A DNA stretch of 64,000 bases. Source: Nitrospirota bacterium (GTDB lineage: Bacteria > Nitrospirota > UBA9217). The translations under genes and the position numbers were made by a program. The notes under the pieces are model-generated. The model was not told the origin of the DNA. It did no database searches and worked only from the letters and a program-made list of their open reading frames with translations. Shown piece by piece: positions 40,047 through 51,156 of this stretch (position 1 is the stretch's first letter; every line of letters begins with the position of its first letter). The DNA lies in contig CAWJQQ010000001.1 in the NCBI GenBank assembly GCA_963845065.1, forward strand, positions 672,001-736,000, written 5' to 3'.

Positions 40047-41756
40047 ATGAAATTTTATCAGAAAATATTTGCTATGTTTTTTTTCGCATCAATTTTTCTC
40101 GCTGCCTGCGGAGGAAGTGGTGTGAGTACCAACGTCACGAACGTATCATTACAATCCATAGAAATCACACCTACGAACCCAACCATCGCGAAGGGTACTA
40201 CACAGCGGTATAATGCTACCGGCGTTTCTTCGGACCTCAGCACAAATGAAATAACAACACTGATCAATTGGAGTTCCTCGAATACCGCCGTCGCAACGAT
40301 CAATAGTTCTGGCGTGGCTAATGCCATAACCGTTGGTACTACCACGATCACTGCCACTGACGGGATAACAACCACATCCACTACCTTGACGGTAACTTCA
40401 GCAATGCTTCAATCTATATCGGTAACCCCAACTAATCCAACAATCGCTAATGGAACGACACAACAATTTACGGCTACTGGAACTTTCTCTGACAATTCTA
40501 CGCAAGACATAACGACCACCGTTACATGGAGTTCCTCAGCTGCAGTGGTAGCGACCATAAGTATGGCTCAAGGTTTCATTGGCAAAGCTACATCGGCATC
40601 CGCCGGTACGACGACGATCACGGCCGCAGATTCGGCCACAAATATTTCCGGTTCAACTACATTGACTGTCACGGCAGCTACGCTTGTATTCATTTCGGTC
40701 ACTCCAACGAACCAGAGTAGCGCCATGGGGGCATCTCAACAGTTCACCGCAATGGGAACCTATTCAGACAACTCGACCCAAAACATCACTACGTATGTGA
40801 CCTGGAGTTCTGCGTCCCTTTCGGCAGCAGCCATAAGCAATGCTGCCGGCTCAAATGGATTTGCGACACCGGTGGCAGTCGGGTCAACGACCATCACGGC
40901 GACATTGGGAGGCATTTCCGGAAGCACGACTCTTACGGTAACGCAGGCAACGCTCGTCTCCCTGGCAATAATGCCGTCCAGCCCGAGCATAGCGTTAGGG
41001 ACCACCCGGCAATTCACTGTTACAGGGACGTACTCCGACGGTTCGACGCAAAACCTGACAACGGCAGTGACCTGGGGTTCATCGGCATCGTCTATCGCAG
41101 CCATAAGCAATGCTGCCGGCTCAAATGGATTGGCGACACCGGTGGCAGTCGGGTCGGCGACGCTCACGGCGACATTAGGGAACAAATCAGGATCAACTCT
41201 ATTGACGGTAACTCCGGCGACATTGCTTTCAATCGCCGTAACGCCTCTTATTGCTTCTCTTGCTACTGGGTCGACGCAGCAGTTTACGGCAACCGGCACG
41301 TTCTCAGACAACACAACGCAGAACCTGACTGCGTCAGTTACCTGGAGTTCCTCTACCGCAGGTGTAGCAACGGTCAGCAATGCAGTTGGCTCAAGAGGAC
41401 TTGCCACTGCTGTTGCCGCAGGATCAACCCTAATCTCGTCTATCTGGAGTGGCGCTTCGGGAACTGCTTCACTGACAGTTACGGCACCCACTGTCGTAAC
41501 GCTTACCTGGGACGCCCCAACGTCTTATTCGGATGGGACTCCGTTGAATCCAGCTACAGATATATCAACGTATAAAATATATTATGGAACCGCATCAGGT
41601 GTTTATACGCGGGTCGTAAGTGTCTCAAATCCTACAACCACCACCATTACAAGCATATTGACCCTAACGCATGGGACCTATTATTTTGTCGTCTCGGATG
41701 TGGATACAGCAGGCCAAGAAAGTAATTATTCCAACGAATTCACAACAACAATTTAA
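40047..41756 (+). CDS. Surface lipoprotein with five Big_2 Ig-like repeats and an FN3-like domain (paralogue of 33759-35777)
   Basis: LAAC lipobox, Big_2 repeats, shared identical segment. Confidence 0.9.
   Translation: MKFYQKIFAMFFFASIFLAACGGSGVSTNVTNVSLQSIEITPTNPTIAKGTTQRYNATGVSSDLSTNEITTLINWSSSNTAVATINSSGVANAITVGTTTITATDGITTTSTTLTVTSAMLQSISVTPTNPTIANGTTQQFTATGTFSDNSTQDITTTVTWSSSAAVVATISMAQGFIGKATSASAGTTTITAADSATNISGSTTLTVTAATLVFISVTPTNQSSAMGASQQFTAMGTYSDNSTQNITTYVTWSSASLSAAAISNAAGSNGFATPVAVGSTTITATLGGISGSTTLTVTQATLVSLAIMPSSPSIALGTTRQFTVTGTYSDGSTQNLTTAVTWGSSASSIAAISNAAGSNGLATPVAVGSATLTATLGNKSGSTLLTVTPATLLSIAVTPLIASLATGSTQQFTATGTFSDNTTQNLTASVTWSSSTAGVATVSNAVGSRGLATAVAAGSTLISSIWSGASGTASLTVTAPTVVTLTWDAPTSYSDGTPLNPATDISTYKIYYGTASGVYTRVVSVSNPTTTTITSILTLTHGTYYFVVSDVDTAGQESNYSNEFTTTI
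40827..41594 (+). repeat. 768-bp inverted repeat, arm 2
   Basis: Partner of 33921-34688. Confidence 0.9.
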
Positions 41757-41812
41757 CTGGAAAGCTCACAAAGGTGTGAATGACCGTCCAAATAGGCTCG
41801 CCTCGACCTTTC

Positions 41813-41849
41813 TAAGCTATAACTTTTAAAAGTTATAGCTTATTTTTTT
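41813..41849 (+). terminator. Palindromic terminator-like hairpin
   Basis: Perfect 30-bp palindrome TAAGCTATAACTTTTAAAAGTTATAGCTTA followed by T7. Confidence 0.65.
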
Positions 41850-42061
41850 CTATGCATGTACCTTATAGCTTCCGTTGTTAAAGTTGAGCAAAACTGATTA
41901 TAGATCATTGATTTAAACAACGGTTCCCGATAAACTGGAAAACATAGATAAACGACTATTGAAAGAATTTTTCAAGGGATCTATGTTGCCATTTCTTACT
42001 TATTGCGATGGTAGAGCGCATGTGATTAGGAAGGTATTTTGATTGTTGCCGGATCTGTACT

Positions 42062-44464
42062 ATGCTTGACGAACTGAAACTCATACCGATCGCACTTCGT
42101 GATTTTGCCTTGCCGGTTCCACGGACAGGGAGCATCGAGGTGCATTCGGGATATGGACGTGCAGCTGCAGAGGGGAGGGAAATCCACAGCCGCGCACAGA
42201 AGAAAAGAACAAAGTCCGATCCTGAATATGAGGCCGAAGTCACGCTTAGTCGCTCATTCGATCGGGATCGATATCGATTTCGTATTGACGGCCGGATGGA
42301 CGGGATTTACAGGCATAATCCACCGAAGATAGAAGAGATTAAAACCAGCTTTAACATCCAAGAACTTGCACATCGACTCGCGAGTGATCAAATGGCTCAC
42401 CCATACTGTCTGCAGCTCCTGACCTATGGTTATTTCTACTGGCTTGAGCACCGGGTTATTCCCATATTGAGCTATCATCTCGTCTCAACACGCACCAGGG
42501 AGTCATTCGATCTCGAACTCGCATTCGACATTCCTGCGTACGAGAATTGGCTCGGAATTCGGCTTGACGAGCTTGTACTTGATGCTAAAAGGGCGGAGAT
42601 GCGCTCCAGACACCGCAGGAAGATTGCCACCGCATTCCCATTCCCCTTCAAAGGGCCGCGTCCCGGCCAGATCGAGCTTATTCACACCATCGAGGCGGGA
42701 GTACGAGATGGGAATCCTATGCTCGTTCAGGCCCCTACTGGCCTCGGGAAGACGGTAGGCGTACTTTATCCAGTTCTGAAGGAAGCTTTGAGCCGGGGCC
42801 AAAAGGTGGTCTATATCACTCCGAAGAACAGTCAACACGCGATTGCCGAAGACGCTATTACACGGTTTCAGGATGCCGGCGCTAAACTGAAATCCCTTAC
42901 GATCACGGCAAAAGGGAAGATTTGCTTCAAGAACGAGCCGCTTTGTAATCCAGATTACTGTGAATATGCCCGCGATTATTACACAAAAGTATATAGGCAT
43001 GGGATCCTCGATATGCTCGCAAATAAGAGAAAGTTAAAGGCCCCGTTGTTCCGAAAATTCGGTGAAGCATACGAGGTCTGCCCCTTTGAACTGCAGTTCG
43101 ACGGAGCACAGGAAGCCGATATCGTTATTTGCGATTATAATTATGTGTTTGCACCACGCTCTTCCTTCGGCCGAATGACAGAGATCGGCATCGACCAGAA
43201 GGGGAAACCTAATCTCGTGATAGATGAGGCCCATAATTTGCCCACTCGTGCCATGAACTACTACTCTCCTGCTCTTTCAAGCATAACACTAGAACAGATG
43301 CGCAGCGGGATGCGCGCTCTGCCGCCTCGCTTCCGAGCTGAAGCAGAAGAGTTACTAGACAGCTGCATACAAGTGATTGTCTCTTGCATACCTGGCAATA
43401 TTGCAAAACATATGAAGATCGATCCGGCGATTGAACAGTTTCTTGAGCAGGACGCCAGGCTCCGTGCCTTCCTCTCAAGGTATCTCGATTCCGACGTATC
43501 CATCCAGCCAAGGGACGTTGTCATGAGGCTATGCTTTTACTGGTCAGAATTTACAGAAGCGCTCGAGTATGTCGGCGATCCCGATCATCAGGAGTTCTTC
43601 ACGACCTTTCATCCCCATGAGACTGGCGGCATCGTAAAGATTATCTGCTGCGATGCTTCGGCCATGCTTACGGATTGCTATGATGCATACGAGCAGGTCG
43701 TAGGGTTTTCTGCGACATTAAAGCCCTTTACCTATTACGCGAAACTTTCCGGGCTTGATCCGGCGACTGTGAAAAAGTCGGAATTTCCAAGCCCCTTTCC
43801 GAAGGAAAACCGCAAACTCCTGATTATTCCCCAGATCTCGACCAGGTACTCGGACCGCGAGCACAACTATCCCCGGATCAGCGACGCGATCCGGAGGATT
43901 GCCGCACTGCGCAAGGGGAATTATTTCGCCTTTTTCCCGAGCTTTGAATTTCTGGGGAGAGTCTTCGACCTGTTCGAGCCCCCCGAAGGCTTTACAGTTC
44001 TCCGTCAGGAGCGGGACATGAATGCGATCCGTGTTGAGGCAATCAAAAAACATCTCAAAGAAGGAATTGCCCCGACGATCGTGTTAGCTGTGCAGGGCGG
44101 CATGTTGTCCGAGGGCGTGGACTATCCGGGCGATACGGTGATTGGTGCGTTCGTCGTAGGACCGCCGTTGCCGAATTTCGATCTCGAACGCGAGCAGATG
44201 AGGGAGTATTACGAGTGGAAATACGGCTCAGGTTTCGACTATGCTTATTCTATCCCCGCCATGGCCAAGGCGATCCAGTCCGCCGGGAGAGTGATACGTT
44301 CTGAGACAGATCGGGGGCTTATAGTACTGATGGACAATCGTTTCGTGCAACCTGGCTATTCCCGGTCGATGCCAGCGGATTGGTTTGAATCTACTGCGAT
44401 TGAGCTGGTATCCGAAAGCATCATAAAAGATGTATCTGAATTTTGGAGACAAGGTTGCTCTTGA
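42062..44464 (+). CDS. DinG/XPD-family ATP-dependent helicase with N-terminal PD-(D/E)XK nuclease domain
   Basis: GRMDG..IEEIK nuclease motif, APTGLGKT, Fe-S Cys cluster, DEAH, SATL, SEGVD and QSAGRVIR. Confidence 0.9.
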   Translation: MLDELKLIPIALRDFALPVPRTGSIEVHSGYGRAAAEGREIHSRAQKKRTKSDPEYEAEVTLSRSFDRDRYRFRIDGRMDGIYRHNPPKIEEIKTSFNIQELAHRLASDQMAHPYCLQLLTYGYFYWLEHRVIPILSYHLVSTRTRESFDLELAFDIPAYENWLGIRLDELVLDAKRAEMRSRHRRKIATAFPFPFKGPRPGQIELIHTIEAGVRDGNPMLVQAPTGLGKTVGVLYPVLKEALSRGQKVVYITPKNSQHAIAEDAITRFQDAGAKLKSLTITAKGKICFKNEPLCNPDYCEYARDYYTKVYRHGILDMLANKRKLKAPLFRKFGEAYEVCPFELQFDGAQEADIVICDYNYVFAPRSSFGRMTEIGIDQKGKPNLVIDEAHNLPTRAMNYYSPALSSITLEQMRSGMRALPPRFRAEAEELLDSCIQVIVSCIPGNIAKHMKIDPAIEQFLEQDARLRAFLSRYLDSDVSIQPRDVVMRLCFYWSEFTEALEYVGDPDHQEFFTTFHPHETGGIVKIICCDASAMLTDCYDAYEQVVGFSATLKPFTYYAKLSGLDPATVKKSEFPSPFPKENRKLLIIPQISTRYSDREHNYPRISDAIRRIAALRKGNYFAFFPSFEFLGRVFDLFEPPEGFTVLRQERDMNAIRVEAIKKHLKEGIAPTIVLAVQGGMLSEGVDYPGDTVIGAFVVGPPLPNFDLEREQMREYYEWKYGSGFDYAYSIPAMAKAIQSAGRVIRSETDRGLIVLMDNRFVQPGYSRSMPADWFESTAIELVSESIIKDVSEFWRQGCS

Positions 44465-44654
44465 TGAATACCGGTAACTCGCTAACCGTCATGGGTTGGA
44501 CATTCAGAGTGAATAGTCCGGCGGATTGCTGAGCCGCTTCTTTCCTCTTTACTTCCTATTTCTTTTTATCGTGCCTGGCCAAGAAGACCCCCACCAGATT
44601 ACGTTTTGGTCGGGGATGAATTGGTGCTTTTGTTATTTATCGGCAACTGAACAC

Positions 44655-44682
44655 TTGACAACCAGTAACAATTTGCTAAAAT
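44655..44682 (+). promoter_or_regulatory. Sigma70-like promoter upstream of surE
   Basis: TTGACA-N16-TAAAAT. Confidence 0.5.
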
Positions 44683-45005
44683 AAGAATCAGTCCTTTGAC
44701 AATCAGTGTGGAGTTGGCAGCAATATTTTGGTGGTATCATAAAACTGATTACTATGACGCAACATGACTTACCTGTGATTTGACATGGGTTCTAAGATGG
44801 GATCTTAAAACGATACGTACAACATGTGAATCACCGCCGAGTTTGCGAGAGGAAACTCTCGTAAGTGACACTGCATCTTCTAAACGGTTGGCCATCCCTG
44901 ATAAGGGACCAGCTTCTTGGAAGCCCCAACCAATATTTGGTTGCGGGGGAATTCACCGTATAAACCTCCTGTATTCAATAACCGCGATTTTTTGAGGTAT
45001 AACAC

Positions 45006-45782
45006 ATGATCCTCGTAACGAATGACGATGGCGTTTACTCGCCGGGCATACAGCTTCTTGCAAAGCGCTTACGTGAGATCGATACCGTCGTGATCGTGGC
45101 CCCGGACCGGGAGCGGAGTGCGGCAGGCCATTCCATGACGCTTCATCGCCCTCTTTTGATAGAGGAAATAAAGGAAGGAATGTACAGCGTCAACGGTACA
45201 CCGACGGACTGCGTAAATATCGCTGTCAAGGGACTATTGAAAGAGACGCCGAAGCTTGTGGTCTCGGGCATCAATAAGGGTCCGAACCTGGGGGATGATG
45301 TGACCTATTCAGGGACTGTTGCCGGGGCGATCGAGGGTATCATTCTAGGGATTCCTGCCTTCGCTATTTCTCTTGTTGCGCGAGAAGACTTTCGTTTTGC
45401 TGAAGCCGCGGAGGTGGCATTCCACGCTACAAATCGCATAGTGCAGGACGGACTCCCCTCTGGAACGCTTCTCAACATCAATGTCCCGAACCTTCCTGTC
45501 GACGAAATACAGGGAACGCTTATCACAAGGCTCGGCAAGCGGATCTATCATCAGATGACGGTGGAGCGGGTTGATCCGCGCGGGAAGAAGTACTACTGGA
45601 TCGGAGGGGGAGAACCTGATTGGGAGCGGGAAGAGGGGACGGACCTCGATGCTGTGGACAGGAAGTTCGTTTCGATCACGCCTCTCCATCTCGATATGAC
45701 GGATTATGCATCTTTTAGCCTGCTGAAGTCCATGGAGGCAATGTCCTACAGTGAGATTGCTAGGCATGGGAGCGCAGAGTGA
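45006..45782 (+). CDS. surE: 5'/3'-nucleotidase SurE
   Basis: LVTNDDG, GTPTDC, SGIN.G.N and YSGTV motifs. Confidence 0.97.
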   Translation: MILVTNDDGVYSPGIQLLAKRLREIDTVVIVAPDRERSAAGHSMTLHRPLLIEEIKEGMYSVNGTPTDCVNIAVKGLLKETPKLVVSGINKGPNLGDDVTYSGTVAGAIEGIILGIPAFAISLVAREDFRFAEAAEVAFHATNRIVQDGLPSGTLLNINVPNLPVDEIQGTLITRLGKRIYHQMTVERVDPRGKKYYWIGGGEPDWEREEGTDLDAVDRKFVSITPLHLDMTDYASFSLLKSMEAMSYSEIARHGSAE

Positions 45783-46423
45783 TCAACTTCGAAAAAGAAC
45801 GCATCCGTATGGTGGATGAACAGATCGTTGGCCGCGGCATCAAAGATGAGCGCGTTCTCACTGCCATGCGCAAAGTGCCGAGGCATGAGTTCCTGCCTGA
45901 GGCTATTCAGGGCATGGCGTACCAGGACAGCGCGTTGCCTCTCGGCGAAGGACAGACCATATCACAACCCTATATGGTTGCTGTGATGTCAGAGCTCCTA
46001 GGACTATCGGGTACGGAACGCGTGCTTGAGATCGGCACAGGCTCGGGATACCAGGCCGCTATTCTCGCAGAATTATGCGGGAAGGTCTATACTCTGGAAC
46101 GAATTAAAGTACTTGCAGACCGCGCGCGGGCGACCCTTGACCGTCTTGGGTACAGAAATGTTGCGATCAAGGTCTATGACGGGACTTACGGATGGAAGGA
46201 CATGGCGCCTTTTGACGCTATTATCGTTACGGCTGGCTCGCCAGACATTCCTGCACCGCTCCTTGAACAATTGAAAGAGGGAGGGAGGATGGTGATCCCT
46301 GTGGGAGAGCGGTATGAACAGAGGCTCATGAAAGTCGTCAAGACTCCCGAAGGGGCTGTTACGGACCAGAGCATCCCCTGCGTGTTTGTTCCGCTTATAG
46401 GCAACCACGCATGGAAAGAATAG
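45779..46423 (+). CDS. pcm: Protein-L-isoaspartate O-methyltransferase
   Basis: [17 protein letters not shown] and FVPL motifs; surE-pcm synteny. Confidence 0.97.
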   Translation: MINFEKERIRMVDEQIVGRGIKDERVLTAMRKVPRHEFLPEAIQGMAYQDSALPLGEGQTISQPYMVAVMSELLGLSGTERVLEIGTGSGYQAAILAELCGKVYTLERIKVLADRARATLDRLGYRNVAIKVYDGTYGWKDMAPFDAIIVTAGSPDIPAPLLEQLKEGGRMVIPVGERYEQRLMKVVKTPEGAVTDQSIPCVFVPLIGNHAWKE

Positions 46424-46701
46424 CCCCCAACCTTCCCCGTTTTACCATCATGGTATCCTCATTATGAACTCTCCCGCCGCTCACTGGAGAGGAGATTTTT
46501 TAACCATTCGCTGGCAGGATTTCATCATTTATAGGAAGATCGCCCTTTACTTCGCAGGATTGATGCTCCCGATCAAAAAACAACCGGTAGCAATTAATAT
46601 GATCCTGATCATATAAAAATCTTTTAATCGGGAGTAAAAAAGGGTATAATAAAAAGTGTACGCAAGCTGCGTGACACCATAGCCAACGAAGGAGATCAAT
46701 A

Positions 46702-46926
46702 ATGAAAGAAAAAGTAGAAGAAGCGCTCAAAAAAGTTCGGCCCTCGCTTCAGCGAGACGGTGGAGACATCGAACTCATCAGCGTGGATGCAGACGGAGTT
46801 GTCAAAGTGCGGCTCAAAGGCGCCTGCGGTTCCTGTCCCATGTCAACCATGACACTCAAGATGGGCGTCGAGAAATTCTTGAAAGAGCAGATTCCCGATG
46901 TGAAGGAAGTAGTCCAGGTAGCGTAA
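46702..46926 (+). CDS. NifU-C/Nfu-type Fe-S carrier
   Basis: RP.LQ.DGGD, GACGSCP. Confidence 0.92.
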   Translation: MKEKVEEALKKVRPSLQRDGGDIELISVDADGVVKVRLKGACGSCPMSTMTLKMGVEKFLKEQIPDVKEVVQVA

Positions 46927-47302
46927 CTATATTTCCTGTTTTTTTTAGACAGGATTTCAGGTTAAGAGTGCCACATTCTGTCCTGGGGTCCTGTCATAAC
47001 GTTTGCAGGCTATTCATTGGGACTAAGATTGAAGCCAACAGCATCAGCCGACCAGTTAGAGGGTTAGAAGCTTTGCTCACAATCGTGGATGAATAGTACT
47101 TTCTTCGTCATGAGTGATCGGGATTTTCAACCTCATTTTGTTTTTCTATAATTTCCCCTCTTATGCTACCTAATTTACTTAAGTAGTATCCAACTCCAAA
47201 ACCAGTCAACGATGAGAAAATTGGAAACACACTTTGCTACATCGACGGTTCTATTTGGAACAAAATTTGAAGGATTTTCAACAGGTCTCAGGAAAAATTC
47301 GC

Positions 47303-47331
47303 TTGACACATCGGCGCCATTCTGATATAAA
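47303..47331 (+). promoter_or_regulatory. Sigma70-like promoter of the rnf operon
   Basis: TTGACA-N17-TATAAA. Confidence 0.55.
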
Positions 47332-47399
47332 CGGTGCGGCTTTTTAAATTCTGAAGTCGTAAACTCCAACGTTCCTTTATAATATGGCAGGTGAGACTG

Positions 47400-48734
47400 A
47401 TGGAAGCCACAACTGTAAAAGTCCATGATACATTTAGTGGAGGCGTGCATCCTGCGGATAACAAGCAGCTCACAGCACACAAACCGACCGTTACCGCAGC
47501 AATTCCCAAGAGAGCAGTTATCCCCCTCAGTCAACATATAGGCGCACCCACGAAACAACTCGTCGTCATCGGGCAGGAAGTAAAAAAAGGAGAAAAGATC
47601 GGTGAAACCACCGGCTTTGTCTCTGCGCCCGTTCATGCTTCTATCTCGGGCAAGGTCGTTGCCATCGGCAACTTTCCACATGTGCTCGGCGCTGACATGC
47701 CCGGAGTCGTCATCGAGAACGACGGAAAAGATGAGTGGGTCGGCGGACTGAAGGAAAACCCCGATTATCTGCTGCTGAGTCCCGATGAGCTAAAGAAACT
47801 TGTTCAAGATGCCGGCATTGTGGGTATGGGCGGGGCAACGTTTCCCACGCATGTCAAGCTTTCCCCTCCCAAAGAGAAACCGATTGACATCGTCATCCTG
47901 AACGGCGCTGAGTGCGAACCCTATCTAACGTCGGACCACAGGCTTATGCTCGAAAAATCTGAAGAAATCGTAGAAGGCCTCAAGATCCTCATGCGAATTC
48001 TGAACGTTAGTAAGGGATATATCGGCATAGAATCTAACAAACCCGATGCCATCGAGTCCATGACCAAAGCCGCGGGCGATTATCCCGAGGTCAAAGTCTG
48101 GCCGGTCAAAGTCAAGTACCCGCAGGGCGCGGAAAAAATGCTCATCAAGGCAATCGCCGGTAGGACAGTGCCGGCGGGCGGATTGCCCATGGATATCGGC
48201 GTCGTGGTCCAGAACGTCGGCACCGCTGAAGCCATCTACAGCGCCGTGCGCTTCGGTAAACCGCTGATTGAGCGTTACGTGACTGTGACGGGCCGAGGGG
48301 TGAAAGAACCGAAAAATTTTCTCGTCCGGATTGGCACCCCGTTTTCCCAACTCATCGAAGAGGCAGGTGGCCTTACCGACACGGCAGCCAAAGTTATCTC
48401 AGGAGGACCCATGATGGGCATGAGCCAGTATACGCTCGACGTGCCGGTGATCAAAGGCACGTCCGGCATCACGGTACTTTCTCGAGACGAAGTATACTCG
48501 AAACCCTACGGCCCGTGTATCCGCTGCGGCAGATGCATCGACGCTTGTCCAATGAAACTCCAACCTTCCTACATCGGGCTCTACATCGAGAAGGGACACT
48601 ACGAAGATGCAAAGAGCTATAACCTGATGGATTGCTTTGAGTGCGGTTCCTGCACCTTCGTCTGCCCTGCAAACCGGCCTATGGTCCAGTGGGTGAAAAA
48701 AGCCAAAAAGGAACTGGCAAAAAAGAAAAGTTAA
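47400..48734 (+). CDS. rnfC: Rnf complex subunit C
   Basis: GGVHP, GMGGATFP, NGAECEP, YPQGAEK, two 4Fe-4S motifs. Confidence 0.96.
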   Translation: MEATTVKVHDTFSGGVHPADNKQLTAHKPTVTAAIPKRAVIPLSQHIGAPTKQLVVIGQEVKKGEKIGETTGFVSAPVHASISGKVVAIGNFPHVLGADMPGVVIENDGKDEWVGGLKENPDYLLLSPDELKKLVQDAGIVGMGGATFPTHVKLSPPKEKPIDIVILNGAECEPYLTSDHRLMLEKSEEIVEGLKILMRILNVSKGYIGIESNKPDAIESMTKAAGDYPEVKVWPVKVKYPQGAEKMLIKAIAGRTVPAGGLPMDIGVVVQNVGTAEAIYSAVRFGKPLIERYVTVTGRGVKEPKNFLVRIGTPFSQLIEEAGGLTDTAAKVISGGPMMGMSQYTLDVPVIKGTSGITVLSRDEVYSKPYGPCIRCGRCIDACPMKLQPSYIGLYIEKGHYEDAKSYNLMDCFECGSCTFVCPANRPMVQWVKKAKKELAKKKS

Positions 48735-48833
48735 TGTGCAGAGGGTAGAAAATAGAACGCATTGAGCAGAAGCTGCTTATTTATACTTTGCTCCATGTCT
48801 TACGCACTGTGTTATAGAGGAGAGGGTAATCTG

Positions 48834-49865
48834 ATGGAAGCACCTGCAAAGGAACTACCGAAAGAACTGCCTAAACTGATCGTATCGATTGGTCCCCACA
48901 TGCACGATATGGAGAGCACGGCGAAGATCATGTGGACCGTGAGCGGTGCGCTGATTCCGGCTACGCTCATGGCGGTCTACTACTTCGGCATGCCGGCAGT
49001 CACGGTGATTCTCGCCTGTCTTGTGACGTCTCTCCTGACAGAGGCCGGGATGCAACGGCTGCTCAAAAAGCCGATTACGCTCTCAGATGGTAGCGCGTTC
49101 CTGACAGGCCTGCTCCTTGCAATGAATCTGCCGGCCAACGTGCCGCTCTATATTCCTATTGTGGGCTCCATCGTGGCGATCGTTATTGCCAAGCAACTCT
49201 TCGGCGGTCTCGGCTACAATATATTCAATCCAGCGCTCGTCGGACGCGCCTTTGTTCTAATCAGCTTCGCGAAAATCATGACCACCTTTGTCGCACCAGC
49301 TACGACATTCATGGCCCTCGATGCCAAAACTACCGCTACGCCCCTCGTTATCCTTAAAGAGGAAGGGATGGGCAAGCTCCTCGAAATTTACCATACTAAG
49401 GCAGCCCTGTACCTGGACCTGTTCGTCGGGAACCGAGCCGGTTCGCTCGGAGAGACATCGGTCATTGCCCTTTTGCTCGGTGCTGCGTTTCTGATGATGA
49501 AGCGGTACATTACGTGGCATGTGCCCATTCCTTTTATCGCCACGGTAGGAATTCTCACCTGGGTTTTCGGCGGTAAAGATGGTCTCATGACTGGCGATCC
49601 GATTCTTCACATGATGTCCGGTGGTCTCATCCTCGGGGCGTTCTTTATGGCTACGGACTATGTGACGGGACCCTCGGTCCGGAGTGCCCAAGTAGTCTTC
49701 GGCATCTGCGCCGGAATTCTTACGACGCTTATACGACTGAAAGGCGGTTATCCCGAGGGCGTGATGTTCGCCATCCTTCTCATGAACTGCTTCGCGCCTC
49801 TTCTTGACCGGGGTATGAGGAGTCCCGTTTTCGGAAAAGCCGAGGCCAAGGCGGTGAAGAAATGA
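48834..49865 (+). CDS. rnfD: Rnf complex subunit D
   Basis: FGGLG.N.FNPAL, TTATPL FMN site, GSLGETS, FFMATD. Confidence 0.95.
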   Translation: MEAPAKELPKELPKLIVSIGPHMHDMESTAKIMWTVSGALIPATLMAVYYFGMPAVTVILACLVTSLLTEAGMQRLLKKPITLSDGSAFLTGLLLAMNLPANVPLYIPIVGSIVAIVIAKQLFGGLGYNIFNPALVGRAFVLISFAKIMTTFVAPATTFMALDAKTTATPLVILKEEGMGKLLEIYHTKAALYLDLFVGNRAGSLGETSVIALLLGAAFLMMKRYITWHVPIPFIATVGILTWVFGGKDGLMTGDPILHMMSGGLILGAFFMATDYVTGPSVRSAQVVFGICAGILTTLIRLKGGYPEGVMFAILLMNCFAPLLDRGMRSPVFGKAEAKAVKK

Positions 49866-50449
49866 AGGATATACTTAAGATAACCCTGCCTCTCGTCGTG
49901 ATTTTCATCGTCGCAGGCATCATCATGAGCGTGACCTATAGATATACCTATCCCGTCCGGTTTCAGGCTGAGAAGAAGGAGAAGGAAGAAGCCCTGAAAG
50001 AGATGGCTCCCGATGCGACCGACCCCATTAAACCGGCAGGGACCTGGATCACTAATAATAAGTCCTACGAATATTATCAGGCGACAGCTGGCGGGAATTC
50101 GGTAGCCTACATCGCCGAGACCGCGGGTAAAGGATATTCCAGCTTCATAAAGATGCTCGTTTCACTTAGTCCCGACATGAAAATTAGGGACGTCAATATC
50201 CTGGATATGAATGAAACTCCCGGTCTCGGGGACCAGGTTCTAGAAAAGAGCTTCCTCGACCAGTTTAAGGGCAAGTCACTTTCGCAGATCATCTTGACAA
50301 AAAGCGAGACCAAGGAAAACATCCAAGCCGTATCTGGCGCCACGTATTCGAGCCGCGGCGTGATAAACGGCGTGAAAGACGCAGTGCAGATGCTTGTCGA
50401 TAAGTATGGTGCAGGCATAAAGACTGCGGTGCAGGGGGTGACGAAATGA
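49862..50449 (+). CDS. rnfG: Rnf complex subunit G
   Basis: ETPGLG, SGAT FMN motif. Confidence 0.95.
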   Translation: MKDILKITLPLVVIFIVAGIIMSVTYRYTYPVRFQAEKKEKEEALKEMAPDATDPIKPAGTWITNNKSYEYYQATAGGNSVAYIAETAGKGYSSFIKMLVSLSPDMKIRDVNILDMNETPGLGDQVLEKSFLDQFKGKSLSQIILTKSETKENIQAVSGATYSSRGVINGVKDAVQMLVDKYGAGIKTAVQGVTK

Positions 50450-51075
50450 GCAATAATGCCAGTTTAGGGACGCTGTTCAAAAACGGAATCTTCGGAGAGA
50501 ATCCCGTTTTCAGGCTTGCACTCTCTCTCTGCCCGGCCGTGGCTGTTACAAGTGGCGTGAAAAATGGGTTTCTGATGGGCGTCGCCGTTTTATTCGTCAT
50601 GACCATGACGAACGTGACGGTTTCCCTCCTGCGCAACTTCATTAACCCGAAAGTGCGTATTCCATCCTATGTATTCATTACCGCTACATGGGTTACGGTG
50701 ATCGATCAGGTTATGTCGGCCTACCAAAGGGCGGTCTACAAGGAAATGGGTCTTTATATCATGCTCATCGTCGCCTTCGCAATCATCCTTTCCAGGGCCG
50801 AGATGTTCGCGAGCAAAAACACACTTTTGCCATCCTTTGTTGACGGAGTCGGGATGGGACTCGGATTTCTACTAGCTCTTATGTTGCTTGGTGTTTTCAG
50901 GGAGTTTCTTGGCAAAGGTTCGTTCTGGGGGATCCATCTTCTGCAGTCAAAACCGCTGCTCATCATGATCATGCCGACGGGAGGTTTCTTCGCAATGGGT
51001 CTCATGATGGGTTGGCTCAACTGGATAGATAGGAAGTTTTTCGGCGGCTCGGGACCAATTAGCGGAGGACACTAA
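50446..51075 (+). CDS. rnfE: Rnf complex subunit E
   Basis: ENP...LCPAVAVT, RIP and RAE.FA motifs. Confidence 0.93.
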   Translation: MSNNASLGTLFKNGIFGENPVFRLALSLCPAVAVTSGVKNGFLMGVAVLFVMTMTNVTVSLLRNFINPKVRIPSYVFITATWVTVIDQVMSAYQRAVYKEMGLYIMLIVAFAIILSRAEMFASKNTLLPSFVDGVGMGLGFLLALMLLGVFREFLGKGSFWGIHLLQSKPLLIMIMPTGGFFAMGLMMGWLNWIDRKFFGGSGPISGGH

Positions 51076-51156
51076 TCAATACGATATGTGAAATACGGGA
51101 CTAAATACCAAAAACCCGCAATTCGCAATCTGAAATGAAGTTATTCGGAGGGTGTC

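Noticed and set aside
44700..44875. Lysine riboswitch
   Set aside because: Only a GCCGAG word matches; the core consensus and a lysine-related gene are absent
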